Assembly (NCBI GenBank): GCA_028023455.1 | Contig: JAQFVV010000005.1 | Coordinates: 18,042,001-18,106,000 of the forward strand | Origin: Epiperipatus broadwayi | Lineage: Eukaryota; Animalia; Onychophora | Length of the DNA: 64,000 bases | Direction of reading: 5' to 3' | Part shown: piece after piece, positions 1 to 14,330 of the stretch | Layout: the number at the start of each line of letters is the position of its first letter | Position numbering within the stretch: position 1 is the first letter of the stretch | Made by a program: the position numbers and the translations under genes | The notes under the pieces: model-generated | Seen by the model: the letters and a program-made list of their open reading frames with translations, nothing else | Told to the model about the DNA's origin: nothing | The model's database searches: none

Positions 1-829
1 CATATCTTGCTGTTATTATTGTTTTACTAGGACCACATTCTTCCTAGATTTTCAAGAAATAAAGAGAACAAAATTAGTGCTATGAAATTATACAACATAA
101 AGAATCCTGAGATTTATTTATCTATAAGAATATTTGGAAAAAAAACCCACTGCTATAATTTAAGATCAAATCATTTTAAAAAAGAGTCATGTGACAAAAA
201 TAAAAAAAATGCATGTTTTAATTTAATAAAAAAAAAGTACATTTAATCTGATTATTGTAGAAATATAATCTCAATAATTATAAGATTTAGTGATATTTTG
301 AGGATGTGTTGTCATATGATTAAAAAAATTAAAAAAAAAGAGTATGAAAATTCTCCATTTGTCTTATTATATTGTTTACTCTTATTATAATAATAGCATA
401 TGTGCACTTGAACTAGCCTATGTATATATGTTTATTATTAGCCTACATTATGTATTATTTGAGCTATTAATATTAGCTACTATTTTAGTCTAACCCTTAG
501 CTTATACATTTTGGGCTATGTGACTTTTACTTTAAAAGTTACAAGTTTAGCATGTCCTACATAGTGGCCTTTCATTCCATAAAACGTTTTGATCAATTCA
601 CCTTTTTGCTTAATTTGCTAATTTTCTTATTTCAGGTTACAATATAAATTACTTCATTACAAAATTTATGCTTGAACAAACTAATAAAATATGACAGCAA
701 TCTGTTGCCAAGGCAATACCACAATTAAAAAGTTAATGAAATTTATATTGAAACATATAAAAACACACACATATTGTAATGGTGCAAAGCAAGAAGGAAA
801 ATATGGAGAGATAAAAAACCATCATCATT

Positions 830-3800
830 CCCACACACAATAATCAAATTTAAATATAAAAGGAATGAGCATGAGAGATCAGCAAAGAATAAGAGAAACT
901 ACAAGTTCACCCCCATCATTAAACAAATGTAATAATTAAATCATTAATCATGAACAATTAAAAATCAATATCATAAAATCAATAGTCAGCCTTGTGACTG
1001 GATTTGAAAAAGGTCCACTACAGACAGGCTAAGTACCTAGCCAGTGCCAAACTTACGGCAGAAATACAAATAATAATTTGGATGCACAGACTTAAGTGCT
1101 AATTCATCAGAATATAATAATAAAAAATAATGATATTCTAAAACATGCTGATCATCAATGCTTTGGCCACATGATACTATTAACATACTGGCCAACTATA
1201 AACTTAATTTCTAATAAAAAGTAAAACAAAATGTAGTGCATGAACTTTAAAGGTAATACCTTTGTGCAAGCCGGGGTTATCATTTGAAATCCAAACACTA
1301 ATTTAAACCCCTAATCTCTATAAAGTAACCATTCTGATCTGATCAAATTCAGGAAGCAAGAACTCTATAAACGATTACTGCAAGCAAAAGATAAGATTTA
1401 ATCTGCCATAATTAAAGTTTTACTGGGATAATTTAAAAATCCTAGAACAAGCTGTACTGAAATCAAGACACATATACTGCCAATTCATGTAACAGATAGC
1501 TGGAAGAGGAAAGACATTATCACTAAAAATATTTTTAAACAACTATTTAATTACTAACTGATTAACTATAAACAAAAATAAAAAAAGAATGACATGGTAA
1601 ATATGAAAATTTCAACATCACTTTTTCAAAAAAATGTACTTATATAAAAATTATAATTAATCAATAGATTTCTATTCATTAAATTAATTAACTTTTAATC
1701 CGTTAAGTTATTTCTTTAAATAACCAAAAGTTGGAAAAACAACATTTACAAAATAAAAGATAACAATTTTTAAATTAGCTTAATTGATCCTTTGTTGAAT
1801 TTTGGAAGGAAAAATAAATGAATGGAAGAAAAAAGATGTTCCAAAATAAAATTTTATATTTAAGAAAATTAAATTTTCCAAAAAACTCTCATAATTTTGA
1901 AGAGAAAAAGTAAATACATTAAAAAAATGTTTTCATAAGAAAATATTAAGTTACTGAAGTTATTAAAAATTATCAATTCTTGTTTTTATAAAAAATATTA
2001 TTTGTAATACATTAAAGATCAGCCTTTTCAAGCTATTGTGCATGTGCTTTTTATGAGTGTTAATAATAAATGAATACTTTCACTCCCAACACGAGATATA
2101 GTATTTAAAAAAGAATAAAATGAATCACTTTTTCTTTCCAACCCAAATGCTTATATATGGGCAAATCTTAAGTACTGGAAGTGAAAGTGTGAGGATAAAC
2201 CACTCACTTTAAATTACTGATTACGATGTCTGAATGAATGATGTCAGCAAAATTATCTAGAATTTACTAAACATCACTCTCAAGTGAAACTTAAACATAT
2301 GTAAATACACATTTATTTTTATAGTGCTCTGCTTTATAAATTGTAATACATTAAAGATCAGCCTTTTCAAGCTATTGTGCATGCCCATATATAAGAATTT
2401 GGGTTGGAAAGAATAAGTGATTCATTTTATTCTTTCTTAAATACTATATCTCGTGTTGGGAGTGAAAGTATTCATTTATTATTAAGACTTGTAAAAAGCG
2501 CATGCACAATAGCTTGAAAAGGCTGATCTTTAATGTATTACAATTTATAAAGCAGAGCACTATAAAAATAAATGCTTATTTAAAAATATTATTTTAAAAA
2601 AAAACCCTTTAAAGCTATAAATGAAAATACAGTTTGCATATAAAGAAAATACCTTTAACTATGGTTTTACTCTTATTTGGAGTCCTTTCCAATTATGACT
2701 TAGTTTTTTCCCTGAAGGCTTCTACACAATGTACATAATTAATTTGTGCTATTTTTGTATGTAGCATTTCCAGATTAACAAATAGCAAAAGTTTATCCAC
2801 TTTTCTTATGATAAAATTTCCCACATAGAGACTCATGTTCTTGGTTGAAGTCAAGCTTGGTGATTATTTCAGGAGAATTTTTTTCATCTTTACATTTTAT
2901 TCCAATGAAGGCAGGTTACATGGAGAAAGATGATGTCAAGCTTTTAGCCCGTGATTTTCATTATGGAAATCATTATATAACTAAACTCATAGTATGCTAA
3001 CAGCTTAGTTAAAATTTCAAAAGCTTAAATTAAGACTTCTACTTCTTTCTTCTTTAACAGATATGTCAGGAACATCTTTTCTCCTACTGTCTTATTCAGC
3101 AACTGGATTAAGACTGATTACCTCTCAAAAGACATTTAGGTTTGCTGACTACTCCACATCCCAAAATTTTTTGGAACAACCCCATCTTCAAGATAATCAC
3201 AATTCTATCTCCAACATGACATAATTAGTAATAATCAATTCCATCGTGTTTTACAAATAGACAGGTTCAGCTATTTTTCTCTTTCAACATTGATATTAAA
3301 AACAAGTCAAAAATTTAAACTAGAATCATAAATTTTTTATTCCTTTTTTAATTAAAAATTTTCTTTCCAAAAAACCCCCAGATAATCATATTAATTAGGC
3401 CGATTTGATAAACTCTGCCTTTTCTTTTGGACAGAGATAAAGAAACAAAATATTATTAAACAGAAACCTTTACCTATCTTATTTTCTTTCGAAAGTTAAA
3501 ATCAAAAGTTTCAATAAACATTTCAAAATAAAAACTGGTAAATAGTTAAGAATTAGTGAAGAGAGTGAACAAAAGAAATTATTTGATTTTATATTTTTCT
3601 CTTTATTTTACAACTATTTATAAATTAAGGGAAGATATGCGCTAATACACAACTGAAGAAAAGTTTATCCTTTATAACTAAAATATCAAAATAATGATGA
3701 GTGCTTTTGAGTTACACTACACTCATAATCTTACCTGGGTTCAATTATAAAGTGATGGAATAAAAGTGTGTGTCAGTATATATATATTGTTGTGAAAATT

Positions 3801-4210
3801 TAACTTTATGTAAAATAAAATAAAAAAAAGAGTCCATCCTGGAGAGGAGAAAACCTAGCTATGATTATAAATGTAGTGTAATTCACAAAAGTGCTCAGAA
3901 TTATTTTGATATTTCAATTATAAAAAATAAATTTCTCTTCAGCTGCATATTAGTGCATATCTTCTCATTACTTGCCATGAAATACAAATATAAACATCAT
4001 ATTATTTATAAATTAGTAAAATAATCACATTACTATTTTTAAAAATGTCTAGAATTTTCATTTTACCATTTGGAAAAGAAAACATTAAATTAAATGAAAT
4101 ACCCATTATTATAATAATAAAAAAACATAAAAAATTACATATTAATTAAATCTAAATTTAAACTTTAGGAGCTTGTAATATTGGCATGGTTAGTGTCCCC
4201 AATGTTCAAT
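830..4210. repeat. Degenerate 2-3 kb repeat, copy 1 of 3 (unknown origin)
   Basis: Colinear similarity to 7795-9630 and 17470-19150, e.g. atgagcatgagagatcagcaaagaataag (~865/7822), ggagtcctttccaattat (~2680/8589) and catgttcttgg (~2835/8760/18355). Interrupted by an insertion at 2004-2581. Confidence 0.85.
2004..2581. mobile_element. Fold-back plus tail insertion, family F (no intact HHR seen)
   Basis: 13-bp TSD AAAAATATTATTT at 1991-2003 and 2582-2594. About 2004-2163 is the reverse complement of about 2385-2540, followed by a ~40-nt tail; an extra inverted copy lies at ~2310-2385. The paralogous site at ~8490 lacks the insert. Confidence 0.8.
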
Positions 4211-4299
4211 ACCTTGACCTTAAAATGATGAGACAATGAAATAGGGTTAACATTTTATTTCTTATTATTTTAACTATATATTCTAATGGTCACCTTATT

Positions 4300-6480
4300 A
4301 CTAAAGCTGTCCCAAGATTATAATGATATTTAGATAAGTATTCTAATCCATACATAGTTAGTTCTTTTGACTTTTATTGCTGGGATCACATCACCATGAT
4401 ATATTATTTCATTATTTTGTTATTTACTATAATATGGCTCAAACATTCTAATTTGTGTTTTAGCCAATTTATTTTTAATTTAGATCAAATAGATTGAGGG
4501 TCTTATAGCACATCTCACCCTTCTTAAGATGAATGGTGGTAATTGTCCTTAAGTTGTTATAAGTCATTAAAATTTATTACTATCAGATCTGGGCTGAAAT
4601 CATGGTTTTTGGACTATTTTATTATTTCACAATTTATCCATCATCTATTAGTGACTTGTCACTTTTGCACTCTTATAGTAAACTGAAATTATTTTGATTT
4701 ATTTTGGGAAGTCACATGTGGAGGTTATATTTATTGAATAAATCTTTTTTATACATTGAGAAGTAATGTAATATTTTTTACAAGTATTCTTTTTAAAAAT
4801 GATCTAGGGTCATTATCAAATAAGCCATTCTCATTTCTACCATAATTGTTTTTTGCCTCTGCCCTGAGAGACAGTGTTCTTTATCATTGATGATTTAGGG
4901 TCCTTTCTAGTGTATTTATAAACCTTGTCCATTTTCTGTGGCTGGACAATTTAGATCCTTTTTGTTTTCCAGATCTATTTCTTTCCATACCTGTACTTGT
5001 ACTTAGATAAGGAGATCCATTTTATGATCTATCAGAAGTTGTTGGTTTTCTGGGGCAGGGGTAACTTCATAAGCACCTACTTATTCTGGTTTTCTGCATC
5101 CACCTTTTATTATTTTTCTAAGATGGATGGGACCTATAGGCATTATTCACATCCATGCACCTGATAAATGCATTATTTCCATATCTATTTATGAACTTTC
5201 TTTCATGGTAACTATCCTCTCTGTAATGAAAACATGTTGCAAATTTATCACAAATCAAGGGTTAAACAGCTCTGCTATCTGCTCAATTGATAGGCAGTCA
5301 GTACCTTAGTATTAGCATTTGCTCAATCTTGAGTGACAAATTTCTTCTGATGATCCATATGATGTCCTTCAGTTAGGGGATGATGTAGTAAGGGGTTTTA
5401 ATCTAGCAATTTGTCATGTAAAGGTGGTATACATCTCTTCAAGGTTATATCTTTTCTGTGAGACTTGGCACATTATACCTTCCTGATATTCTTTAGTCCA
5501 ATAATTAGCCAATAATGCTTCTTTATAATTTCAAGAGTAATAAGCTTAGTGAATAAAGAATTGCACACGCCCAAGATCTTCCTGTAAGTCCTATATGCTA
5601 TCACTCTTTTACTTTTTTCTGGCATCAGGTTTAACCTAATATATTTTGCTAGGCTATTTAAATGTTAGTGATGGGCTTCACCAGCCTGGCCCCTAAATAT
5701 TCTTATCTTTAGGAATTGGTTCATTAAATTTGATGCCTCATTATGATGAACTGGGTTCATTCTGGCCTCTTCTTTAACCACTGTTTTGATTTCCTTTCTC
5801 TTGCTTCATTGAAATTTGACCCTATCTGAACTGCTATTACCAATTCCAATTCCTTTAGACTTGTGAAGTTTTAATTTTTCTTTAACTCTTCATGATCAAT
5901 CTCTATGATTTCCAGACAAGCAATAATTTCTTTGAATGGAATCTCCTGCTGAATGTTTGATACTTGAATCTGCATTTGTTTTCTTACCACTTTCTTCTAA
6001 ATTCCATTTATCTATGCTCTTTACTATTTGATATAATTTTTAATTTTTTCTAGAAATCTATCCTATATTTGATCGATAACATTGACAATTTTCTTATTCT
6101 GACCTTTCTTATCTTCTTCGATAAGTTGGGTAATATTTTGGACAGCTTCTTATTCTTTTTTGATAATCTTTTATTATAATCTTCTATTTTATTTAACATG
6201 TCTTCTCTTTGCTGATTAATTTCTTTCATCTCTGTAAACAGCATCTGATATGCTGACTACTTTCTTACACTTTTTAAAAAAGCATCTGAATAACCTTTAC
6301 TCTTTTTTTAATATCCCATTTTCTTTGCTGATGGCTTTCTTCTATTTTTGTTATCAGCATTTGAATTTCTTCTCTATTTTTATTATCCTCGTCTTTGTTA
6401 TTTTTTTTACTATCCTCTTCTCTTTTTTACTATCTTCTTCACTTTGCTCTTTCCTTTGTTTAAACATATATAACAATTAG
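4300..6480 (-). pseudogene. Possible highly decayed LINE ORF1 (K/E-rich region, zinc-knuckle relics) and start of an APE endonuclease
   Basis: Minus-strand peptides: K/E-rich ORF 6050-6244; PLICDKF...HY...CM..N..RSHPS (~5120-5260, weak gag-knuckle-like); PDLIVI and IIILG motifs (~4300-4600). Many stops and frameshifts. Confidence 0.33.
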
Positions 6481-7794
6481 ACTAACATGGAAGCATCCTA
6501 TACTCTCTAGGTACCTTCCATAGGTTGCTGATCTTTTTCATTCTGATAAGGTTCTCCCTTCATCTTTTTTTAAATTTTCCTCTTGTCAGCATATATGTTT
6601 TTATTATAAAATTTTAATCCTCAAAAAAAAACTGTTAAATTAGTTTTACACAGAAAATACATATATGAACTTTTTAAAAATATCTCTTAAAATAAGCTTA
6701 ACATTACCTCTTCTTTCATGCAACCCTATTTCACATTATCTAATACTAGTACTATATTATTATTATTACCCATAACCTGCTTTTCTTTAAATCATATTGT
6801 CCCATTACCTGACTTTGTTTAATTTATTTCCACTGCTTTATTCTCCATTTCCATCCTGTGTGACTGATTTCCAATTCATTAATATTTTTATTATTTATTT
6901 TTAATTTAAGTACATATGCAAAAACAAGTTTATCTTACCAATCATTTGTCAAAACTTTTCTCAGAGATGTGATTAGACTCTAAAAAGAATGCATAGTGAT
7001 TTGCAATCCTAGGGTAGATACAGAATTCATTCACTGGACTATAAGTACCCAATGCAGCATGAACATTATAAGGTCTATTGCGATTTAGACACTATAAGCT
7101 ACCTACAACATAAAATACAAATAATAATACAAACAACTTTGCAAAGTCCTGCTACTTTGAGTCTTATACACTGGTAAATATGTAACTATGTTTTGTTCCT
7201 TTTCTTAGAAGCTTATAGGCTGAGAAACCTGGCACAACTTCATTAACTGAACCATGATCAATAATAGGAAATATGAGAATCAGAAAATAGCTTGAAGCAA
7301 TTCCTGAGATAGAACATTCTATGGAGTTGCACGAAAGTACTACATCCTCAGGCCAATAAAAAAACCTTATCTATCATCAGTACATTCAACAGTTAAAAAT
7401 TCAATCCAATCTCCAAAATCATACTTTGATCTTCTATTATACTTTAAATATGAACTTTTATATACATTTCTATAATTTGTAATCAAATAATAGCTTAGTC
7501 ATCATAGATACTCTTGTCATATTTCACATTAATACATTTTAAAATTAATTCTGCATCAAAATAGTTTTTTTTTTTTGTCAGGTGTAATTTCTGAGGTTTC
7601 AGTTATATAGTCACTGACCACCAGGATGTGATCAACATTTGCCATAGTTGGATTTCCATTTGTAATGGTATAGAGCAAGAGGAGATCAATATCGGAATTA
7701 CATGGTCCCACAATTGGGTAGCCATTTGCAATGGTGCGCATATAACATTAGGGCTGAATTACAAAAGATAGGAAACCGTCATCTCTCCACATTT

Positions 7795-9630
7795 AGTAAT
7801 CAATTTTAAATATAAAAAAAAATGAGCATGAGAGATCAGCAAAGAATAAGACCAAGTTCACCACAGTGGTAAACAAATGTAATAATTAAATCATTCATCA
7901 TCATGAGCAATCAACAACAGTCAATATCATAAAATCAAATCAGCATTGTGACTGGATTTGAAAGGGGTCCTCTATAGATAGGCTAATTATCTAGCCACTG
8001 CCAAACATAGGACAGAAATGCAAACAATAATTTGGAAGCACAGATTGGTACTAATTCATCAGAATATAACAATGAAAAAAATGCTAGGTACTGAAACCAT
8101 CAATGAATGACATGATAAAATTTATCAAAAAAATAGTTTTATAAAAATTATAATTAATCAGTGGATTTCTATTCATTAAATTAATTAATTTTTAATTCAT
8201 TAAGTTATTTCTTTAAACAACCAACAGTTTAAAAAACAACATTTTTAAAATAAAAAATTACAATCTTTATATTAGCTTAACTGATGTTTTGGTGAATTTT
8301 GGAGGGAAAGATAAATGAATGGAAAGAAAAACATGTTTCAAAATAAAAAGTTTAATTTAACAAAGTTAAATTTTCCAAAAAACTTTTTTTCATAATTTTG
8401 AAGAAAAAAATTGAATGAATTAAAAAAAAACATTCTCGCAAGAAAATATTAGGTTACTAAAATTATTCAAAATTATCAATTCTTGCTTTTATAAACTTAT
8501 TAGTTTAAAAATAATCATTTTTAACTATATATGAAAATACAATGTCCACATAAAGAAAATACTTTTAACCATGGTTGTATTCTTATTTGGAGTCCTTTCC
8601 AATTATAACTTCCAGGTTTTCCAGGTAAATTTTCTTCTTGAAGGCTTTTATACAATGTACATGATTAATTTGTCCTATTTTGTATGCAGCATTTCCAGGT
8701 TAACAAACAGCAAAAATTTATCCATTTTTTCTTCTGATAAAATTTTCTACATGGAGACTCATGTTCTTGGTTAAAGGAAAGGTTGGTGATTACTTCAGGA
8801 GCATTTTTTTATCTTTACTTTTTATTCCAGTAAAGGCAGGTTACATGGATGATGATGCCTAGCTTTTAGCATATGATTTTCATTATAGAAGCCATTTTTA
8901 ATTAAATTTATTGTTCACTAAGTTTAGTTAAAACTTCAAAACCTTGAATAAAACTTCTTTCTTTTTTTAGCAGTTGTGACAAGAACTTTTTTCTTACTGT
9001 TTTTTTTCAGCAGCTGGATTAAGACTGATACCCTCTCACAAGAGACAGGTCTTCTAACTAATCCACATCTCTAATTTTTTTGGAACAACTCTGTCTCCAA
9101 GGCAATCACAATTTTATCTCCAACACAATTAATAAAAACCAATTAGGTCAATTTTTACAAATATACTGGTTAAGCTATTTTTCTCCTTCAACATTGACAT
9201 TAAAACACAAATCAAAAATTACATTCCTTTTTTAATTAAAAATTTTCTTGCAAAAGAAAACAAGATAATCAGATTAATTAGGCTGGTTTGATAAACTCTA
9301 CCATTTTTTTTTGGAGAGAGATATAGAGAAAAAATAATATTAAACATAAAACTTTAACTTTCTTATTTTTCTTTCAGAAGTTAAAATCAAGTTTTAATAA
9401 ATATTTCAAAATCAAAACTGATAAATAGTTAATAATTATTGAAGAGAGAGAACAAAAGAAGTTCTTTGATTTTATATTTTTCTCTTTCTTTTACAACTAT
9501 TTATAAATTCATTATTTTAAAAAAATATCTAGAATTTTTGTATTACCATTTGGAATGAAAAAAACATTAAATCTAAATTTAAACTCTAGAAGCTTGTAAT
9601 ATTGGCTCGGCTAGTGCCCATAGTGTTACA
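7795..9630. repeat. Degenerate repeat, copy 2 of 3
   Basis: Colinear with 830-4210; lacks the 2004-2581 insertion and the ~1200-1640 block. Confidence 0.85.
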
Positions 9631-9681
9631 ATATATTGAAAAGAGAAATCAAGCAATTTAATGATCAAATAGTCTCTTGAA

Positions 9682-9793
9682 TGTCAAGCGTTGTTAGCCG
9701 AGAGGTCATCGCAGCCACCTTGCAAGCAAGTAGTTGGTTGCAGATGGTTGTGGGTTTGTCTCCCAGCCGATGCTATGACATATGAAAAAAAAA
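9682..9793 (+). mobile_element. tRNA-Gly-derived SINE (subfamily 1)
   Basis: GCGTTGTTAGCCGAGAGG (A-box-like) ... CCAGCCGATGC, then TATGACATATG and an A-tail; 11-bp TSD AGTCTCTTGAA at 9671-9681 and 9794-9804. Confidence 0.8.
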
Positions 9794-10531
9794 AGTCTCT
9801 TGAAAAGAAAAGTTTATGGATTAATTTCCAGAAAAGGAAAACAAAAGATCTTAATATGGGTATGCTTCAAAATATACAGGATAAAAATATATCCAACAAT
9901 CAGTTAGAAATCCTACAATACATATATTTCAAGTGAAACTATTTTTATTGATTTGGTTACAGGTTTAAACACTCATGTAGTTGAACCAACAGTTTGAATT
10001 TTATTTATGTATTCAAGATATATTATTTAAATTCTACCTGTGCTAAGTAATTTAACATATCATTTGTGAGTGAATAAAATTCACATTTTAAAATTCAGGT
10101 AATAATCTTTCTAAATACAAAAATAGGATTAAGGTTGATAGTGCCAGCATGTTCATCAGATATTTGAACCTTTGAGATATCTGACAAAGTTTTTTTTTTA
10201 ATTACACAAAGAGAATGAAATAGACTATTTTTAATGGGGTGTTAGCTAACATTTATTTAAAAGGTTCACTAAAAATACTCATTTCTGAATGATTACATTA
10301 ACTTACAATGCCATAATTATTTATTATAATAAAAATGCATTTCTTTATCAATAGCATTAGTACTGAATTATGCAGTGTAGTGCAAAGATAGTGATCACAT
10401 GAACATTTGAATAAATAATCATTCAATTTTCTTTATCTATTATTGAGTTAGAGGTATTAAGTATTTTAAAAATTTCAGAAACTATAAAAACAATAGGAGC
10501 TCATATGTTATTAGGATCTCGTGAGCTTCTA

Positions 10532-10701
10532 AATTCAAAAGTAAAAAGGGAAATGAAGATAGAAATATTAAACATCCAGAATCAAAGATGTGAGATTTAC
10601 TCCATCATAACACGAGTTTCTCAATTCAAAAATAAAAAGAGAAATGGAGACAGAAATATTGAACATCCAGAATCAAGGATGTGAAATTTACTCCATCATA
10701 A
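10532..10701. repeat. Tandem duplication, ~91-bp period
   Basis: aattcaaaa...aacatccagaatcaa.gatgtga.atttactccatcataa occurs at 10532-10610 and 10623-10701. Confidence 0.85.
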
Positions 10702-12226
10702 TTTGTTCAATGAATTTGAGCTACCAAAAAGTGTTTAAAAATGATCACATAATAAACGGATTGTACAAAAAAAAATTATGAATTTGGAAAACATAATAAA
10801 ATACACAAAAAGAATGATCACAAAAAATAAAATTGTAGACAAAATAAAATTTTAAAAGTGATAATGGAATGACATAAAAGAATAGATTTGACTAAGCAAT
10901 AATAACTTGTATGGTTTGTGCAATGATAGAGGGACAGATTTTGGGTATTAAGATACAGGAATCAAAGTTTTGGATTTGTCATTTCCGGTGTTTGAATTTC
11001 TTTTAAACTCTCAATCAATAAACAATTCGATTATTATTATTTTTTTTGCCATGAATGGTTTAGAGCAGTTATAAAATGTCAGATTCCGGAATTAAGGCCT
11101 TTAGATTAATTTCGTTGAGGATTCTTCCAGTCCTCGAATTTCTTATCGACTCCTGTGCAATGAAGTCATAATAATTTTTATTTATTAGGCATCATGTTTG
11201 AAAACAAATGTTGAAAATATTTAATTTAAAAATGCTTGGTTATATTTGTAACAATCTCATTATGTTACACAGACTTTCTGAATGAACTGAAGATAACGTT
11301 AAACATGCTAATCACGTGTTTCACATTTACATGTGTCCTTATTTATTCTAATATATATTTAATTTTTATTTATCTTTTATTTGTTTGTGAGTAAATAGAA
11401 GATGAAGTTTACATATATGTAGGTTTTAATTTGTTAATTAATATTTTCTCAGATATATTATTGCTACTGGCAGAAAAAAAGATTTTTCATTTCAAATCTG
11501 TTCGTGACAATAGAATTATTAATTAAAACGTCATGAGAGAATATAATCATTTAATATTTTTTCCCACAACAAAATGCATTCAGCATAAATAAAAATAAAA
11601 TCCAATCTCAGATAAATCCTTTTGCCTCAATCTTAAAAAAAGTTTTAAAACATTGAAGTTATCAATAGAGAGAAGATACATGTGACACTAAGATTTAGTT
11701 ACAAGTACATAATTATATGTTCTTATTGTGTACTAAGTCTTTTTGACTGTTAGATCCTATAATTAAGATAGATCTTGCTTGAATTGATTCTGAGGTTGAA
11801 TGCTAGATTTTGGATTTTCAAATCCATGAATTGTAACCCAGCTCTATAACTTTTTTTTAAAAAAATGTTTTTTATTTAAACATGAAGTGTCCTTTGTACA
11901 CTGAAAAGGTTTACATTGTATTTAAAGCATACAGACTAAAAAAAAGGAACACATTCTGCACAGTCCTGAATATACAGATCAACAGTCTTTAATCAGTGAT
12001 GAGTCCATCAGTGAGATGCTATATATCTGTTTAGTCATTTAGTTTCTTGAAGGCATAATCCAACGCAGATTGCATGATGAAATCAGAGCATTTATTTATT
12101 TTAGATTTATATCATTGTTGAAATAGGAGCCATCAATATTTCATGGTGGGTTATTCATTTGGAAACTCAATCTTTTCCCAAGTGTCTCTGTGTAACAGTT
12201 TAGGTGCAAGGGCTGAATCTCTGACT

Positions 12227-12620
12227 TTAGCCTGCGTGAGTATCTTGATGTAAATCTGAAGTGGAGTATTTTCCAAAATGTCCAAACATTAATTTGCATC
12301 TGGTTAGCCATAAGGTGAAGGTCAAGAAGATGGACAGTCTGATGGATGCATAGGTTCCCTGTTTGATCATGTTTTGAATTGATAGGGCATCTCTGATGTC
12401 TAGTGAAACTTTGTTAATGATGAAGTTCCTGATATGTGAAAAGGTGGAGCACATGTATAATAGGTGGGCTATGGTCTCATCAGCTGAGTGGCAGAGCTGG
12501 AACTCTCAAACAATAAACCATTTAATTGCCATTCATGGTTTGAGGCAGCAGTAGATTGGCAGATTCTGTAGGTCATGATCCATGACTTTCATCACTTTTG
12601 ATGCCGAACTTTGTAAAATT
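12227..12620 (-). pseudogene. Non-LTR retrotransposon ORF2 C-terminus relic (L1/Tx1-like zf-RVT region)
   Basis: Minus strand reads F(C)QLCHSADETIAHLLYMC, a decayed CxxC..E...H....C motif, preceded by W...RLP-like residues and followed by WLTRCKLMFG; stops and a frameshift are present. Confidence 0.6.
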
Positions 12621-13198
12621 CCTGTCATTCAATTATTTTGATTCTGATATTTGGTTATTATTGCAATTCTATTATAATAATAAAAACAACTAAGAATTGA
12701 AATATGAATTAATATCAATATTATAAATGAGGGTTTTTTTTTGTATAGCTTATTATGCACAGTTTTGAATAAATATTTTTTTTTATTTATATAGGATATG
12801 GAAATTTTGAAATCTTTAATCAGGAGTTTATCAAAAATTAAAGTTTAGAGTTGCAGGATTAGTCACAGGAAGACAGTCACTCATCCATCTTAACATATAA
12901 ATGAAAATTATCCTTAAATATTAATCTTATATGAATTTCTATATCATAAAACAACTATAACATCATAAAAATCATTCAATATATAAAAAAAACTTCTAAA
13001 ACTGAATCTTTAAATATTGGAATAAATGATCTGCCAAATTTAGCCTAATATTATATAATCACTCTACTAGTTCTTGAGCTTCAGTAATGGAGTTTTTAAA
13101 TTAAACTGGCAAATCTTTACTCAGTGCAATCCAGAGTAATCAATGGATGTTAGAAGGCTTGTGCATAAAATCCATAACTAGTGCCTACTCACCCAATA

Positions 13199-13240
13199 TC
13201 CCCAGACTAGTTTCTAGCTTGTGGCTTTCATCAGTGAGGA
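13199..13240 (-). ncRNA. Minimal type I hammerhead ribozyme motif (family A)
   Basis: Reverse complement reads TCCTCA CTGATGA AAGC CACAA GCTA GAAA CTAGTC TGGGGA. Confidence 0.78.
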
Positions 13241-13282
13241 ACTTGGATCTGAGACCAAGTGCAGTGCTCTCAGATCCAAGGC

Positions 13283-13324
13283 TCCTCACTGATGAAAGCC
13301 ACAAGCTAGAAACTAGTCTGGGGA
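13283..13324 (+). ncRNA. Minimal type I hammerhead ribozyme motif (family A)
   Basis: TCCTCA CTGATGA AAGC CACAA GCTA GAAA CTAGTC TGGGGA: stem I TCCTCA/TGGGGA, stem II AGC/GCT, palindromic stem III ACTAGT, predicted GUC cleavage after 13318. Confidence 0.8.
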
Positions 13325-14214
13325 TATTGGGTGAGTAGGCACTAGATAGGGATTTTATGCACAAGTCTTCTGACATCCATTGATTACTCTGGCTTGCACT
13401 GAGTGGCACTACTGTATGGAGAGTTTTGCCTGTTTCAATAAGTTATAAGCAAGCATAAGAAATGGTGATCATGTGATGTTTAGTAGAGTTTTTAAATTAG
13501 TGCAAAAATTCCAGCTAGTGTTAAGATAAATATGCAAAGACATCTTGATTATTTTTTCACTTTTTTTATTTTCATCAATCTACTCTAATTAGAAGGTTGA
13601 GTTATTTGGTCTTGCTATTTGTGTGAAATAGACTGTTTCAAGTCAATATTAAAAATTCTCCTGCTAAGCAAGTGATAATGTTAAAAATTTGCCTGGTTAT
13701 TTAAAAACCAATCTTTCGACTAAAACAGTGTGATTGTAAAATTTTATACTCAAATATAGGTGTTTCAAACTGTACTGATTTTATATTTTATTCAATCGTA
13801 TTGATTGAAGTAATTAGAGCACAGAGGTTCATTAAATAAAGATTTGTTTTCACTTTGAATATCCAAAAATCAAATCAGAAACCCTTTGGGTTACAACCAG
13901 CCACTCTTACCATGTCCTAACAACTCAGATCATTCCAATCATGAGGTATTAAAAACTGGACGTAATTATTAAGTTAGTTTTTTGGAAGGTTGGATGAAGT
14001 TTAAGCACTGCAAGCACAAGTTGAACTTTAATACAAGAACACTCACAAGGCAAAAATCCAATAAATATTAGCTTGGAAAGTCACATGACAGTAAAGTTCA
14101 AGAAATAAAAAATTAAGCTTTGTTGAGTTGCTTTTTAATACCTTCAGCTAAAAAAAATAGTTGGATAACCATTTACTGACCAATATTGGATGGTCCTTTG
14201 GGTTGCCCAAGGCT

Positions 14215-14330
14215 AATTATCTGAAAAAAATTAAATCTATAAAAAAAATTTCAAGTTTACTCAGACCAATTCAAACCCAGATTTTAGGATAGATAGGCGA
14301 ACACCCTACTATTGCTCTTGTATTAAAGCC
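14215..14330 (-). mobile_element. Old tRNA-like SINE relic (similar relics at ~31500-31575 and ~58345-58400)
   Basis: Reverse complement reads AGTAGGGTGTTCGCCT...TCTGGGTTTGAATTGG then TCTGAGTAAACTTGAAATTTTTT; the aaaatttcaagttt.ct.a...agatt..aa motif recurs at the other two sites. Confidence 0.45.

Larger units (their letters stand above)
13104..13485. mobile_element. Family A HHR element, fold-back form
   Basis: 14-bp TSD GAGTTTTTAAATTA at 13090-13103 and 13486-13499. Arms ~13125-13258 and ~13268-13401 are reverse complements sharing private variants; tail ...GTGATCATGTGATGTTTAG at the right end. Confidence 0.92.

Noticed and set aside
7556-7741. 61-aa ORF with an internal TIxNGxP repeat
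   Set aside because: It adjoins and partly resembles the three-copy repeat, the frame is not evidently preserved in copy 1, and no family was recognised.
13147-13409. Recurrent ORFs MPEGLCIKSLSSAYS... (also 43386, 57654, 57852)
   Set aside because: They are translations of the strand antisense to the family A HHR; start, length and frame differ between copies and no protein motif is present.
13104-13485. Interpreting family A and family C as MITEs with terminal inverted repeats
   Set aside because: The ends are asymmetric (tail on one side only), TSD length varies from 10 to 14 bp, arms share copy-specific mutations, and a head-to-tail dimer exists.
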